Both the position numbers and the translations under genes were made by a program. 64,000 nucleotides of DNA from the human T2T-CHM13v2.0 reference genome, Homo sapiens. Location of the stretch: assembly GCF_009914755.1 (NCBI RefSeq), contig NC_060929.1. The stretch is one strand, 5' to 3'. Positions 13,706-27,551 of this stretch are shown here, piece after piece (the first letter of the stretch is position 1; each line of letters starts with the position of its first letter). The notes beneath the pieces were generated by a model that was not told the DNA's origin, made no database searches, and saw nothing but the letters and a program-made list of their open reading frames with translations.

Positions 13706-13974
13706 GTGCAGCATGACACAGCGGGATTGGAGCACAGGTGCACAGTCCCGTGCATTATATAATCACAGTTATGTAACGATGTTATGGGTGGGCTCATCAC
13801 CTGGCTCTGAGCCACTATTGTCTGTGAGGTGTATAAATGTATCACTGACACTGTGAGAGGCAGGGCATCATAAAGCCATGTCCCACCTACCTACAGCCCC
13901 CAGAATGTTCTTTCAACTACCTGCCACCCATCTACCAACTCCCCTCGGACCCCAGCCCAGGTTGGGACCTGACA
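13706..13974 (+). repeat. 5' LTR (lacks the first ~52 bp)
   Basis: Aligns without gaps to 14685-14953 (about 32 mismatches in 269 by hand count); TATAAAT at 13832. Confidence 0.9.
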
Positions 13975-13976
13975 AT

Positions 13977-13994
13977 TGGCATAGTCGGCAGGAT
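13977..13994 (+). promoter_or_regulatory. Primer binding site for tRNA-Ser
   Basis: TGGCATAGTCGGCAGGAT is 17/18 identical to TGGCGTAGTCGGCAGGAT, the complement of the tRNA-Ser 3' end; located 2 nt after the LTR. Confidence 0.9.
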
Positions 13995-14039
13995 TCTGAG
14001 GTGAGTGAGTCCTCAGCCCCCGATGATCCCAGGTTGGCT

Positions 14040-14225
14040 CTGTGGCCCCAGCATGGGTTATGGCACCCGGTGGCAGGTGTGCTGCTCAGATGGGCCCTGG
14101 TGGAAACATGGGCAGCAGGTGACAGGGCCCCTGAGAGCATGGAGAAGGTGCTGAAGCACCTGGAAGTGCAAGCATCAAGAAGGGGTGTGCCTTTGCCAGC
14201 AGAGTTGGATGGGCGTTTTTGACTG
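14040..14225 (+). pseudogene. gag: ERV gag N-terminal remnant
   Basis: Lies directly after the PBS/leader; peptide WPQHGLWHPVAGVLLRWALVETW...MEKVLKHLE resembles class III gag N-termini (from memory). Confidence 0.5.
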
Positions 14226-14623
14226 TTTACCCTCCTCCTGTTAACCAGTGAGGCTGATCAAACCGAAAAGGTGGTGATGCAAAACCGATGGCCTTAGATA
14301 TAGTAACGGCTGCCCAAGGTGGCACCTGTGCCCTTATAGGGACACAATGTTGTACATTTATTCCTGACAATCAACAAAACATAGAAGCAGCCTTGCAAGG
14401 GATGTCACAGGAGATTAAACCAGTTGAAAGCCTTACTGACGACCCCCTACAGAGATGGTGGGCGTCCCTGGGCACTGGCCTACTTCAGGCCCAAGTAATC
14501 GTGGGCAGCATAGCAGGAATATTAGTAGTAGGTTGCTGCTCCCCATATTGTTGCTGTGACCCAAGGGTCCAGGGTGTCACCTTGTGGGAACATCTCCCCA
14601 CTAAGAGGACCTCCTCAGCCTAG
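14226..14623 (+). pseudogene. env: ERV env transmembrane (TM) subunit remnant
   Basis: VVMQNR / MALDIVTAAQGGTC immunosuppressive-domain motif (1-nt frameshift near 14287), CX6CC motif CALIGTQCC, hydrophobic span VIVGSIAGILVVG, stop overlapping the PPT. Confidence 0.88.
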
Positions 14624-14632
14624 GGGGTGGAG

Positions 14633-14953
14633 TGTAAAGACAATGGCTGCACAACAGTCAAGAGTAGGCTGAAGTAAACATCCAGTGAAGCATGACATAG
14701 TGGGATTGGACTGCAGGTGCACAATCCCGTGCATTATATAATCACAGGTATGTAACGATGTTATGAGTGGGCTCATCACCTGGCTCTGAGCCACTATTAT
14801 CTGTGAAGTGTATAAATGTATCACCAACACTGTGACAGGTGGCACGTAATAAAGCCATGTCCCACCTACCTACTGCCCCCGAAGTGTTCTTTCAACTACC
14901 CACCAGCCATCCACCAACTCCCCTTGGACCCCAGCTCAGGTTAGAACCTGACA
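14633..14953 (+). repeat. 3' LTR (complete, 321 bp)
   Basis: TG...CA termini; preceded by the PPT; contains TATAAAT and AATAAA (14848). Confidence 0.9.
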
Positions 14954-16139
14954 CTCACTAACTGTCCCAGCCACACCCTCTTCCCTCCCTGGCAACCACT
15001 GAGCTATTTTTATGCCACCATCATTTTGTCTTAGAGAAGGTCACCTAAATGGAATCAGACTAAGTGCAAGCTTTCAAGGATGGATTCTTTCTGCCACATA
15101 ATGTCTTGGAGATACATCCAAGGTGCTGTGTGTCAGTCCTTGGTTCCTTTTTGTTGCTGAGTAGTATCTTATTGCATAGAGGCACCGCAGTTTATCCAAC
15201 ACCTGCTGAAAGATTTTGATTTGCTTCCAGTGTTTGGAAATTTTGAAGACTGCTACCATATGCATTCACGTACAGTTTTTTGTGTAAACACGAGTTTTTT
15301 TTTTTCCCCGTAGCTTAAATAGCCTGGAGAGAGATTACTGAGGGATGCAGCCCTGTTATAGGTTAGGGCCCACTTTTAAAGAATACAAGTGTTTTCAAGA
15401 TTATATAAAATAGTATTGGAGGAAAAAAACACTGTACCATTTGCAGGGCATGGAATAATCTTTTTTAAGCATATTTACTATCTGTATTAGACATAATTGC
15501 TGGAGTTATAAGGAACAGAAGTCCTTAGCTTCAGTGAAGAGAAATGCAGTAACAGGAAAGGGATGTGTCTCATGGAGCCCCAGGACAGGGATGAAGCAGG
15601 AACCACCGGCAGATGGAGAACAGGGCCAGGAAGCTGCCAGGAATCTCCCTGCATCCCTTGTATCTGCTTCTCTCTGGGCATCTACTTTATTCTTCTTTGC
15701 TGGAAAATGTATTCTCTCCTCCTTGGTCCTCAGGATATTTAGAAAATGCCACCTAGAGTTTCAAAGTTCACATATTAGAAGCCTAGCCATGCAGCCAGAC
15801 TGACTCTCGGTCAATGCAAATTCCATGTTGGTAGGGCAAGAAATCTGGCGGGCAGCACATTCAGGCCCAATCAGTAAGAACTTCCATTCCTTGTAACCCA
15901 GCACTGCTGCCAGTGACAGCCCCTCCCACCACAACTCTGTGAATTGGGGTGCACTTCCCAGAGAAGAGACACTTGCGTGGAGGAGGCCTGCTCTGCATCA
16001 CCCTCATCCCTGGCCAGAGAAGCCTCTGCCCACCCCTTCATAGCCCCTCAACAGGACAGAGGATCAGCCAGTCCTGGGCCAGAGTGTGAGATGAGGTCTG
16101 GTCTGATTTTGCTCCTAGATAGGTTACTGTACCTTAAAG

Positions 16140-17081
16140 CAGGGGTCCCCATCCCCCAGGCCATGGACCGGTGCTAGCCTGTGGCCTGCTAGGAACAAGG
16201 CTGCACAGCAGAAAGTGAATGGCAGGTGAGCATGAGCAAGCAAAGCTTCATCTCTATTTACAGCTGCTCCCCATGGTTCACATTACCACCCAAGATCTGC
16301 CCCCTGTTGGATCAGCAGCAGGATTCTCACAGAAGCATGAACCCTAATGTGAACTACACATGTGAGGGATCTAGGCTGCACACTCCTTATGAGACTCTAA
16401 AGCCTGATGATCTGAGGGAGAGCTGAGGCAGTGATGCTAGTGCTGGAGAGTGGCTGCAAATACAGATTAACATTAGCAGGGAGGTTTGACTACACAGAGA
16501 CCATAATAAATCAGTTGCTTGCAAACGAATATCAAAACCTCAGTGAGTGGCAAGTGACAATTAAGCTGCATCTGTTGGCAGGGTTTACAGTGGCAAGTGA
16601 GTTGATGTACTTCAATTGTACAGCTGTCCCTGGTGGCCTTCAAAGTATGTTTGAGGCAACTTCAAATCTCCATACGTTCTTGATTAAAGTCAAGGCAGAA
16701 TATCCTCAGATGAAAAGCCTGCTTCCATTTCCAACATCCTATCTTTGCGAAGCAGGGTTTTCTGCAGCAACAGTGAGTTAAACAAGATCATGGAGTAGAC
16801 TAGACATTAGCAACGTAATTCGGGTGTCAGTGTCTCCATCACCCCCAGAGGGGAGCGTCTAGCTGCAGGAAAACAAGCTCAGGGCTCTCACGGATTCTAC
16901 ACTATGGGGAGTTGTATAATTATTTCATTATATATTACAGTGTAATAATAATAGAAATAAAGTGCACCATACATGTAATGCACTTGAATCACCCCAAAGC
17001 TACCCACCCCCCACCCCAGTCCATGGAAAATCTGTATTCCATGAAACCAGTCCCTGGTGCCAAAAAGGTTGGGGACTGCTG
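16140..17081 (+). mobile_element. Internally deleted Charlie3/MER1 hAT transposon
   Basis: TIRs CAGGGGTCCCCATCC / GGTTGGGGACTGCTG; 8-bp TSD ccttaaag/ccttaagg; hAT C-terminal motif LLPFPTSYLCEAGFSA in ORF 16431-16781. Confidence 0.88.
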
Positions 17082-17837
17082 CCTTAAGGGTTTTCTCTTC
17101 ACTCTCATGTGTCTCCTGACATCCCTGGTTCCCTAGGGCAGATCAGCCAGCCTCTTTTCTCCTCTACTCCGTGGCTTTGTGGGGGGATTGAACTTCTTAT
17201 AGGGATGGGGGTATCTCTCTTTTCTACCAAACCCATGAGGGCATTCCAGTCCCTCATTTAGATTTGGGGAGAAGAAGGTGGTCTGGGGAAACTTTTACTA
17301 AAAAGCTACAAAGATACTTGCCAAGGTATGAACAACATGGTGCTTTAATTCCAATTCTGCTCCTGAACTAGGTGTAAAGGTGCTCTAGACACTCTCTGAA
17401 GGGTGAGGGTGATAGGCAGAGCAGGACTGGAGCACTCCTGGGTCCTTGCCCATAATATCATCACGTACCAGCAATGCCCCACCTAATGCCTAACCACTCC
17501 CAAGAGGCAGCTAAGACGACATCCCAACTACCCCAGTGGATCTTTAATTACTACTTGCCTGGCCTCTTCAGAGACACATCAAAGAATTGATAAATAGGTG
17601 CAATGGAGCTCTAAATTCCAATCTCCCTTAGAGGAGGAGTTGGCTATCCCTCCATATCTTCCCTCTAGAGATCACATAGCTCATGGTCAAGGTCAAAGGC
17701 CTCTGTCTGGCCTCCTAAGCACCCACATAAGACATAGATTTGAGAAAGAAAACAGTGTCCTTCTTTGCAGAAGGCCCTGGAATTTTTCCCCTAAAAAAAG
17801 AAAATGGTTCTGTTGGAAATGGGAGATAAGGGGCTGG

Positions 17838-18020
17838 TAGAAGAAGTGTGAGCTTTGAAGACTGCAGAATTGGGGTTTGCATCCCAGCTTTGTTATACGT
17901 AGCTTGAGAAAATTACCCAAACTCCCTTAGCTGCATTTTCCTCCCCAGCGACGCATCCCAGGCTGTTGTGAGGATTAAAGAAAATGCTTCCTGTAAGTGC
18001 CAACACCTGGTAAATGCTCC
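17838..18020 (+). mobile_element. MIR
   Basis: ggctgttgtgaggattaaa...taaatgctc MIR 3' motif. Confidence 0.55.
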
Positions 18021-18144
18021 CAGCCATTGGTCCTCCCTTCCCTGTCTTTATCAGCACAACCTCAGAAGAATCCCTTTTAAAATTCCTCAGAAAAAAATCC
18101 CTTAGGATTTAAAGCTGCATTTGGCATTTTTTACTTTATTTGCT

Positions 18145-18270
18145 TATGAGTTAGTGGGTGCAGCACACCAGCATGGCACATGTATACATATGTAACTAAC
18201 CTGCACAATGTGCACATGTACCCTAAAACTTAAAGTATAATAATAATAAATAAAACATTTAAAGAAAAAA
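18145..18270 (+). mobile_element. Very short 3' fragment of a young L1PA (L1PA2/3-like)
   Basis: About 97 bp with one mismatch to 53464-53560 of the full-length L1, followed by an A-rich tail. Confidence 0.9.
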
Positions 18271-18333
18271 GTAAACACAAAGCATTTCTGTTCACAATTT
18301 TCTAAGGGGGAAAAAAAATAAAGGCATCCCCCC

Positions 18334-18657
<324 letters not shown>

Positions 18658-19408
18658 GGGCATCCCATTTTGTACTCACATGAAGTGAGTTTATAGCTTT
18701 TGCGTGTGTCCAAGATCATTTCATTCTATCCCTCCTTCTTCTGGGCATCCCAGGCCCCTATCATCCTTCTTTAATGGCCCTGAGCACAATAGCTAATATT
18801 TGTGTGTGTGCATTGGTCTCCCTTAGTAGCTTGGGGAACAGGGGCTTGTCTGGGTTATCTTTACATCCCCAATTCATGGTACAAGGCCTGGCACACAACA
18901 AAAATCATGCAAATTTGTTGGGGGGGTGAGGGAACTACTGAAACTTAGTTCCCTGAAATGCCACCGCTATGCTCTGACCCGGAGAGATTTTGATTCATGT
19001 CTTCTCTGTGTCATAGGTTGACAGTTGGCTGCTTGAGTTTTAAGCTTCATTCAGAAGTTCCTTATCCTTCCCCTAAAGAAAAAAAAAATCAGTTGCAAGA
19101 AATTCATATATTCAATTTACTTGCATGTCCCTTGGAGAAAACCATTCATCCACAACAGAAAATTCTGTTGATTTGATCAGATCATATATTCCTGTTTAGA
19201 GGGCAAAATGTTGAGAAAATCTACCCCACTGATTGCCAGTCTGGTCCTGGAGAAGGTCTGAACCATCATGACTTCTTCCCAGGTGATTATATGCTAGGCA
19301 TTAATCCTTATTAGGATTATATTACATTACCACGAAACCAGTAATGTACATTACCATGTAATGTAATCCTAATATGAAACAAGTTTTGCTCCAAGACTGA
19401 ACTCTGGA

Positions 19409-20957
19409 GAAAATATTTGTGAACCACCTATCTGATAAGAGGCTAATATCCAAAATAAATAAGAATCTCCTACAACTCAGTAACACAAAAAGAAATAACA
19501 CAATTTAAAAATGGGCAAAGAACTTGAATAGACATCTCGCCAAAGAAGACAAATGTCCACAGTTATATGAAAGAGTGCTCAACGTCACTAATAGTCAGTA
19601 AAATGAAGATCAAAACTACAATGAAATATCACCTCATATCTGTTAGGATGGCTAATATCCAAAATATTTAAAAATAAGTATTGGCAAGGATGTGGAAAAT
19701 TGGAACACTTGCGCATTGTTGGTGGGAATGTAAAATGGTGCAGCTGCTATGAAAACCACTAGGGAAGTTCCTGAGAAGTTAAAAGTAGAACTATCATATG
19801 ATCCAGTAACCCCACTTCTAAGTATATATCTTAAAAAATTGAAATCAGGATCTTGAAGAAATATCTCCACCTCTGTGTTTACTGCAGCACTATTCATAGT
19901 AGCTGAGCTATGGAAACAACCCAAATGTCCATCAACAGATGAATGAATAAAGAACATGTGGCGTGTATATGCAATGGGATACTATCTGGCCCTCAAAAGG
20001 AAGGAAATCCCGCCATTTGCGACAACATGGATGAACCTAAAGGACATTGTGCTAAGTGATATAAGCCAAGCACAGAAGACAAATGCTGCGTGATTCTACT
20101 TATATGCAGTGTCTGAAGTAGCCACACTCTCAGAAGGAGAAAATAAAATGGTGGTTGCCAGGAGCTGGGGGAAGGAGGGAGGGGGAAACAGTTACTCAAT
20201 GGGCGTAAATTTTCAGTTTTGCAAGATAAGTAAGTTCTAGAGATTTGCTGTACAGCATAGTACTGATAGTTAATATGATTTTGTGCACTTGAAAATATAT
20301 TAAGAGAATAAATAGATTTCATGTTAAGCGTTCTTACCACAAAAAAATTCACACACACACACAAAAAAACAAAGAAATGTTGGAGGTCATGGATATGCTT
20401 AGTGCGTTGACTGTGCTGATAGTATAACATGGTGCATTAGGCCATTCTTATGTTGCTGTAAGGAAATTCCTGGGGCCAGATAATTTATAAAGAAAAGAGG
20501 TGTAACTGGCACATGGTTCTGCAGACTGTATGGGAAGCATCGTGCCAGTATCTGCTTCTCGTGAAGCCTCAGGAAGTTTCCACTTATGGCAGAAGGCAAA
20601 GAAGCAGGAGCAAGCACATTGCGTGGTATGAGAGGGAGCAAGAGAGAGAGGAGAGGTCCCAGGCTCTTTGAACCAGATCTGATGTGATGACTGAGCAAGG
20701 ACTCAGTCATTACCACGAGGATGGTCCTAAACCATTTATGAGGGATCCACTCCCATGATCTAAGACCTCCCACTATACCCCACTTCCAACACTGGAGGTC
20801 ACATTTCAACGTGAGATTTGGAGGGGACAAACATCCAAACTATATTACATGGATGTGTACATATATCCAAATCTAGCAAAACGTATACATTAAATATGTG
20901 TAATTGTTGTATATCAATTGTACCTCAATAAAGCTTAAAAACAAATAATTTTTTTAA
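19409..20957 (+). mobile_element. L1MA/L1MB 3' part, interrupted by an MST LTR
   Basis: ORF2 C-terminal and 3'UTR motifs; AATAAA near 20927; degenerate TSD aagactgaactc / aagactgactc. Confidence 0.8.
20433..20847 (-). mobile_element. MSTA/MSTB MaLR solo LTR
   Basis: tgcattaggccattct...catccaaactatatta; 5-bp TSD catgg on both sides. Confidence 0.85.
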
Positions 20958-21081
20958 AAGACTGACTCCAGGAATAAAGATAAATTCTCTAATCGCTCAA
21001 TTTTCCACCCTGAGTGCAAGATTAAAGAAGTTCATTGCATCCCAAGACAGGGCTTCAAGTTCAACTATAAGAGGAGATGAA

Positions 21082-21474
<393 letters not shown>

Positions 21475-22084
21475 TCACTGCAGGCTGAAGAAGGTTGTCA
21501 TTTAACTCTCACTAAACAAAGCCCAAAGCCCTTTTTCATCCGCTTTGAACAGCTCCTCACCTTTTGAATCCCACCTCAAAATTTGTGTCTGATGACTACA
21601 CCATTCCTCCAAACAAGCTCAGTTAGAGCCATTCCTCATTGTGCTGGGTGTGTTTGCATCTGTTTCCCCCATAGAAGAGGAAATGGGGTCTTAGTCCTTT
21701 GGAACACTCCCCCAGTACTTGGTATATATAAGTAATAATGACAACAGCAGCTTGCATTTACTGTATCCTGCAGTGCTCCAGGCACCTTTGCTATGGACAT
21801 TACAAACACTCCATATCAAATCATTCCATATCCATTACAAATGTTCGTATCATTTAATCCTGAAAACAAATCCACAAGGGTTAGAGGAATTGTTTTCTGC
21901 TTTTCTCCCAATATTTTATTTTAAAACTTTCAAACACACAGAAGTTGAAAGAATTGTATAGTAAACACTCATATACCCCCTACCTAGATTCCCCAATTAA
22001 CATTTTTACTTGCTTTATTACATCTCTTTCCATCTATTCTTCCCTTATAAATCTATCAATCTTCCTTATTTTGGGATGCATTTT

Positions 22085-23692
<1,608 letters not shown>

Positions 23693-24579
23693 TGGGATAT
23701 ATTTTAAAGTAACTCACAGTTTCAGAAAGGTTAAACATTTTTGCAGAAGGCCATACAGCAAATAAGCGGTACAGCCAGTATTTAATTCCGCATCTGTTTA
23801 CTGAAGAATCCATTTTCTTCCTGCTCTACTATTCTGCACCTGATCAATATTTGCTGAATGAATGAAAAAGCAATGTCATTTGCACACAGCATAGGTACAG
23901 ATATGTTAATTTATTGGCAAATAAAAAGCTGCATTCAAGTGTGCTATGTCCATATTTTTAAGAAGGTTTCATTCAGTAATTTATAAATATTATTTACTGG
24001 GCTATGAATTTATATTAGAGTTTTCATTATTGTGGGAGAAACAGACACTGAAAACAAATTGAAAAATTAAAAAAAAAAATTCAGATAGTGATTATGCTAT
24101 GAAAGAAATCAAAAAAGGATGAGGTTGTAGAAAATGTCTGGGTCCCAGAGCTGATGCCGTCTGGGAAGGAAAGAGCAAGGAACGCCGAGGAAGGTAAAAG
24201 TAACTCTGTTGATGAATCTGAGCGATAAGAAGAAACCAGTCCTGCGGAAGACGCAGAGAAAACATGTTTCACCCAAAGGGAACAGCAAGTGCAAAATCAC
24301 TGAGGTGGGAACAAACTTGACTCATCTGGGGACTAAAAAGACAGTCAGGGAGGCTGAGCAAACATGAAAAACCATAACAGATGAGGTTAGAGAGAAGTAT
24401 GGGGTGACCCCAAAGGGCAAAGTAGAAATCTTGAATGTAAACTATAGGTGCAATGGGAACCAATTGGAGGATTTTTAAAAGGCAGGCGTGATGAAATCTG
24501 ATGCACCACATGTAAAGATTACTCTGACTAAATATGCAAACTAAACTTTAGAAGCCAAGATTGAAAGCAGCGAGACCAG

Positions 24580-25425
24580 TGTTATGGGCCAAATTGTGAT
24601 CTCTCAAAATTCATCTGTTGAAATTCTAACTGCCAATACCACAGAATGTGGCTGTATTTGAAGACAGGGCCTTTAAACAGGCAATTTTTTTTTTTAATTT
24701 AAATAGCTTTAGGGATCCAGGGGGTTTTTGGTTACTTGGATGAATTGTACAGTGGTGAAGTCTGGGTTTTTAGTGCACCCATTACCTGAATAGTGTACAG
24801 TGTACCCAATAGGTAGTTTTTTGTCCCTCAGTCCCCCTCCCATCCTCCCTCCTTCTGAGTCTCCAATGTCCATCATACCACTTTGCATGCCTTTGCATAC
24901 ATATCACTTAGTTCTCACTTCTAAGTGAGAACATATGGTATTTGGTTTTTCATTCCCAAGTTACTCCACTTAGGATAATGGCCTCCAGTTCCATCTAAGT
25001 CACTGCAAAACACATTATTTTATTCTTTTTTATGGATGACTAGTATTCCATGGTGTATATACACCACATTTTCTTTATCCACTCATCAGTTGGTGGGCAC
25101 TTAGGTTGATTTTGTATCTTTGCAATTGTGAATTAAACAATTAATTTAAACTGTGGTCATTAGGGTGGACCTTAATGCAATATGACTGGTGTCCTTATAA
25201 GAAGAAAAAACTTATACTCAGGCACACACAAGGGAAAGATCATGTGAAGTTACAGGGAAAAGACAGCTATCTACAAGCCAACAAGAGAGGACTAAGGAGA
25301 AACCAACTCTGCCTACACCTTGATCTTGAATTTCCAGCTTCTAGAATTTGAGAAAATTAATTTATGTTGTTTAAGCCACCCACTCTGTGGTATTTTGTAA
25401 AACAGTCTTAGCAAACACAAATACA
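24580..25425 (+). mobile_element. MLT1B-like MaLR LTR, split by L1PB
   Basis: tgttatgggc...tttaagccaccc...aaataca; 5-bp TSD accag. Confidence 0.8.
24685..25133 (-). mobile_element. L1PB-like 3' end
   Basis: ggatgaattgtacagtggtgaagtctg...taagtgagaacatatggtatttgg. Confidence 0.75.
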
Positions 25426-27247
25426 ACCAGTTTAGAAACTGTCGCCATGGTCTGTCTGAGGGAAGTTGATGTCTTGAAGAGAAATGGCAACATTAGGATA
25501 TATTTTGAAAGTAAAGCCACCAGGATTTGCTGATAGATCGGATGCAAGAGAGAATGAAAGAGGAGAGTCAAAGTCAAGGAGGACTCTAAGGACTGGGCTT
25601 GAGCTACTGGATGAATGAAGGTGAGGATAATCTGGAGAAGAACTCATTAGTGGTGGAAGTCTGGAGTTCTGTTTTGGACAAGCTAAGTAGAGCAATTGAG
25701 CAGCCAATAAAGTGTAAGCTATGTTGAGCCTGCATGGTAACTATGGAAATATGTGATTGCACTGAACATCTGATGTGTACCAAGCACCATGCTTGGCACT
25801 TTTGCAAAGAGATAGCAATAAAATTTAGATCTTAAAGAACTTATGATCCAAAAATTCATTAACTAATTTTAAAGCCTTCATGATCTATGTCCCACAGGAC
25901 CATATGTCCCATAGCAGTCAAAATCAAAGACAAATTCTTGGACAGAACTGGATTGATGTAATAAATTTCTAGGGCATATCTGAGGCCAGGTGCATGTGAC
26001 ATTTGAGTAGGAGTCAAGGATGTAAAACTGCCTACATAGTCGTGTTAAATGATCAGAAATTAACGTAACATGTTTTTGTTAAGATGGTTTCATTTGTCTG
26101 GGAAGCTGCATTCTTAGAACAAAAAGAGTCAAGGACAGAAATGTATTATGAGATAAGTTCCACCTTCAGACTCAACCTACGCAAGTCAAAAAAAAGTTAG
26201 ATTCGCCTTGAGTTCATGAACAAGTGGTGCTTGACATCCAAAGAAATGGCTGGAGTAAGTGATGTTGCCCTCTTTTTTATTTCTTTGGAACAGAGAAGCA
26301 GAAATCCATACTACCTCCCATCTGGCTCCATGCTTCAGAGACATGTCTACGTCCTGAAATTGAACAGAGTCTTTCTTGCTAGGGCCCAGCCTGGCCCCCA
26401 ATGGCAACACTGGGGCTTATCTCCATTTTTCCCTCTCGTTTCCCCATTCTAACATTTGGTATACTTTTCCCAAATGTATTTTCCAGTGTCTTTTTTGTTA
26501 GATCAGGCTGAATATAGAATTTTTACACTGACTCATTCACCTAACACTGTATTGTGAACATTCTTCATGTTATTAAACATTGTTTGACATTACAAGTCAA
26601 CGGTCCTCTGATATTCCATCACTGGGACACATACTCATCTAGGCAAGTCCTTTGAGTTGAACATTCAGAAGGTTATAAATAGTTTCCTTTCAGAGATAAT
26701 GGTGCAATTAATGATTGCAATGCTAATTTGGATATTCTTCTACTCTTCTAAAGATTGCTATTTTTAAGACATAGCAGTATCTTTGGGCCCTGTGTATGAA
26801 ATTTATCCACCATTGTGGCTCTGCCTATAAGCCTTCCCTCCTTTGACCTTCCCCCTGTGTCTGATAACCTCACTTGAGCCTCGCTGCAGACCCTCTTAAG
26901 CACTCAGGATCTACAACTGCCTTCACACCACCCCCACATACTCCAAAACGTAAGTGCTGATGTGGACCAGGCCTGAGGAGGCTTTGGAGGAAGTCTCTGA
27001 AGTCGTGGAAGGGGAGATTTGAAACCTGGAGCATGGCTACTACTCTAGGTAAAGAGGGAGAGAATTCAAACTTGCTAACAACCTAGAACCCCCACTCAGA
27101 AGTGGTTTTCCTGAAAGCTCAACTCAGAAAAGGAAACCCTGCAGGAAGGCACAGAAGCCCAGTGGGAGAGCTACCTGAGTGTCTGCGGTGAGGAGGACTG
27201 ACATTCCAAAAGGCAACAGAGCCAGTGTCAGCTGCTCACTTAAATTA

Positions 27248-27551
<304 letters not shown>

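Larger units (their letters stand above)
13706..14953 (+). mobile_element. Internally deleted HERV-S (HERVL18/LTR18-type) provirus
   Basis: Two direct LTRs ending in ...CTGACA, Ser-tRNA PBS, gag-like start, env TM remnant, and PPT agggggtggag before the TG of the 3' LTR. Confidence 0.85.
13550..15340 (-). mobile_element. Old L1M 3' region, split by the ERV at 13706-14953
   Basis: Antisense L1 3'UTR motifs on both sides of the provirus (ctatgaattttaa...; ccctggcaaccactga...aaatggaatca...ttgctgagtagtat). Confidence 0.65.
23970..25710 (-). mobile_element. L2 fragment, split by MLT1
   Basis: ggaacagcaagtgcaaa...gatatattttgaaagtaaagccaccaggatttgctgatagat...gagttctgttttggaca. Confidence 0.65.

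Noticed and set aside
13977-13996. tRNA-Ser-complementary sequence as a tRNA gene
   Set aside because: Only about 20 nt, located right after an LTR; it is a retroviral PBS
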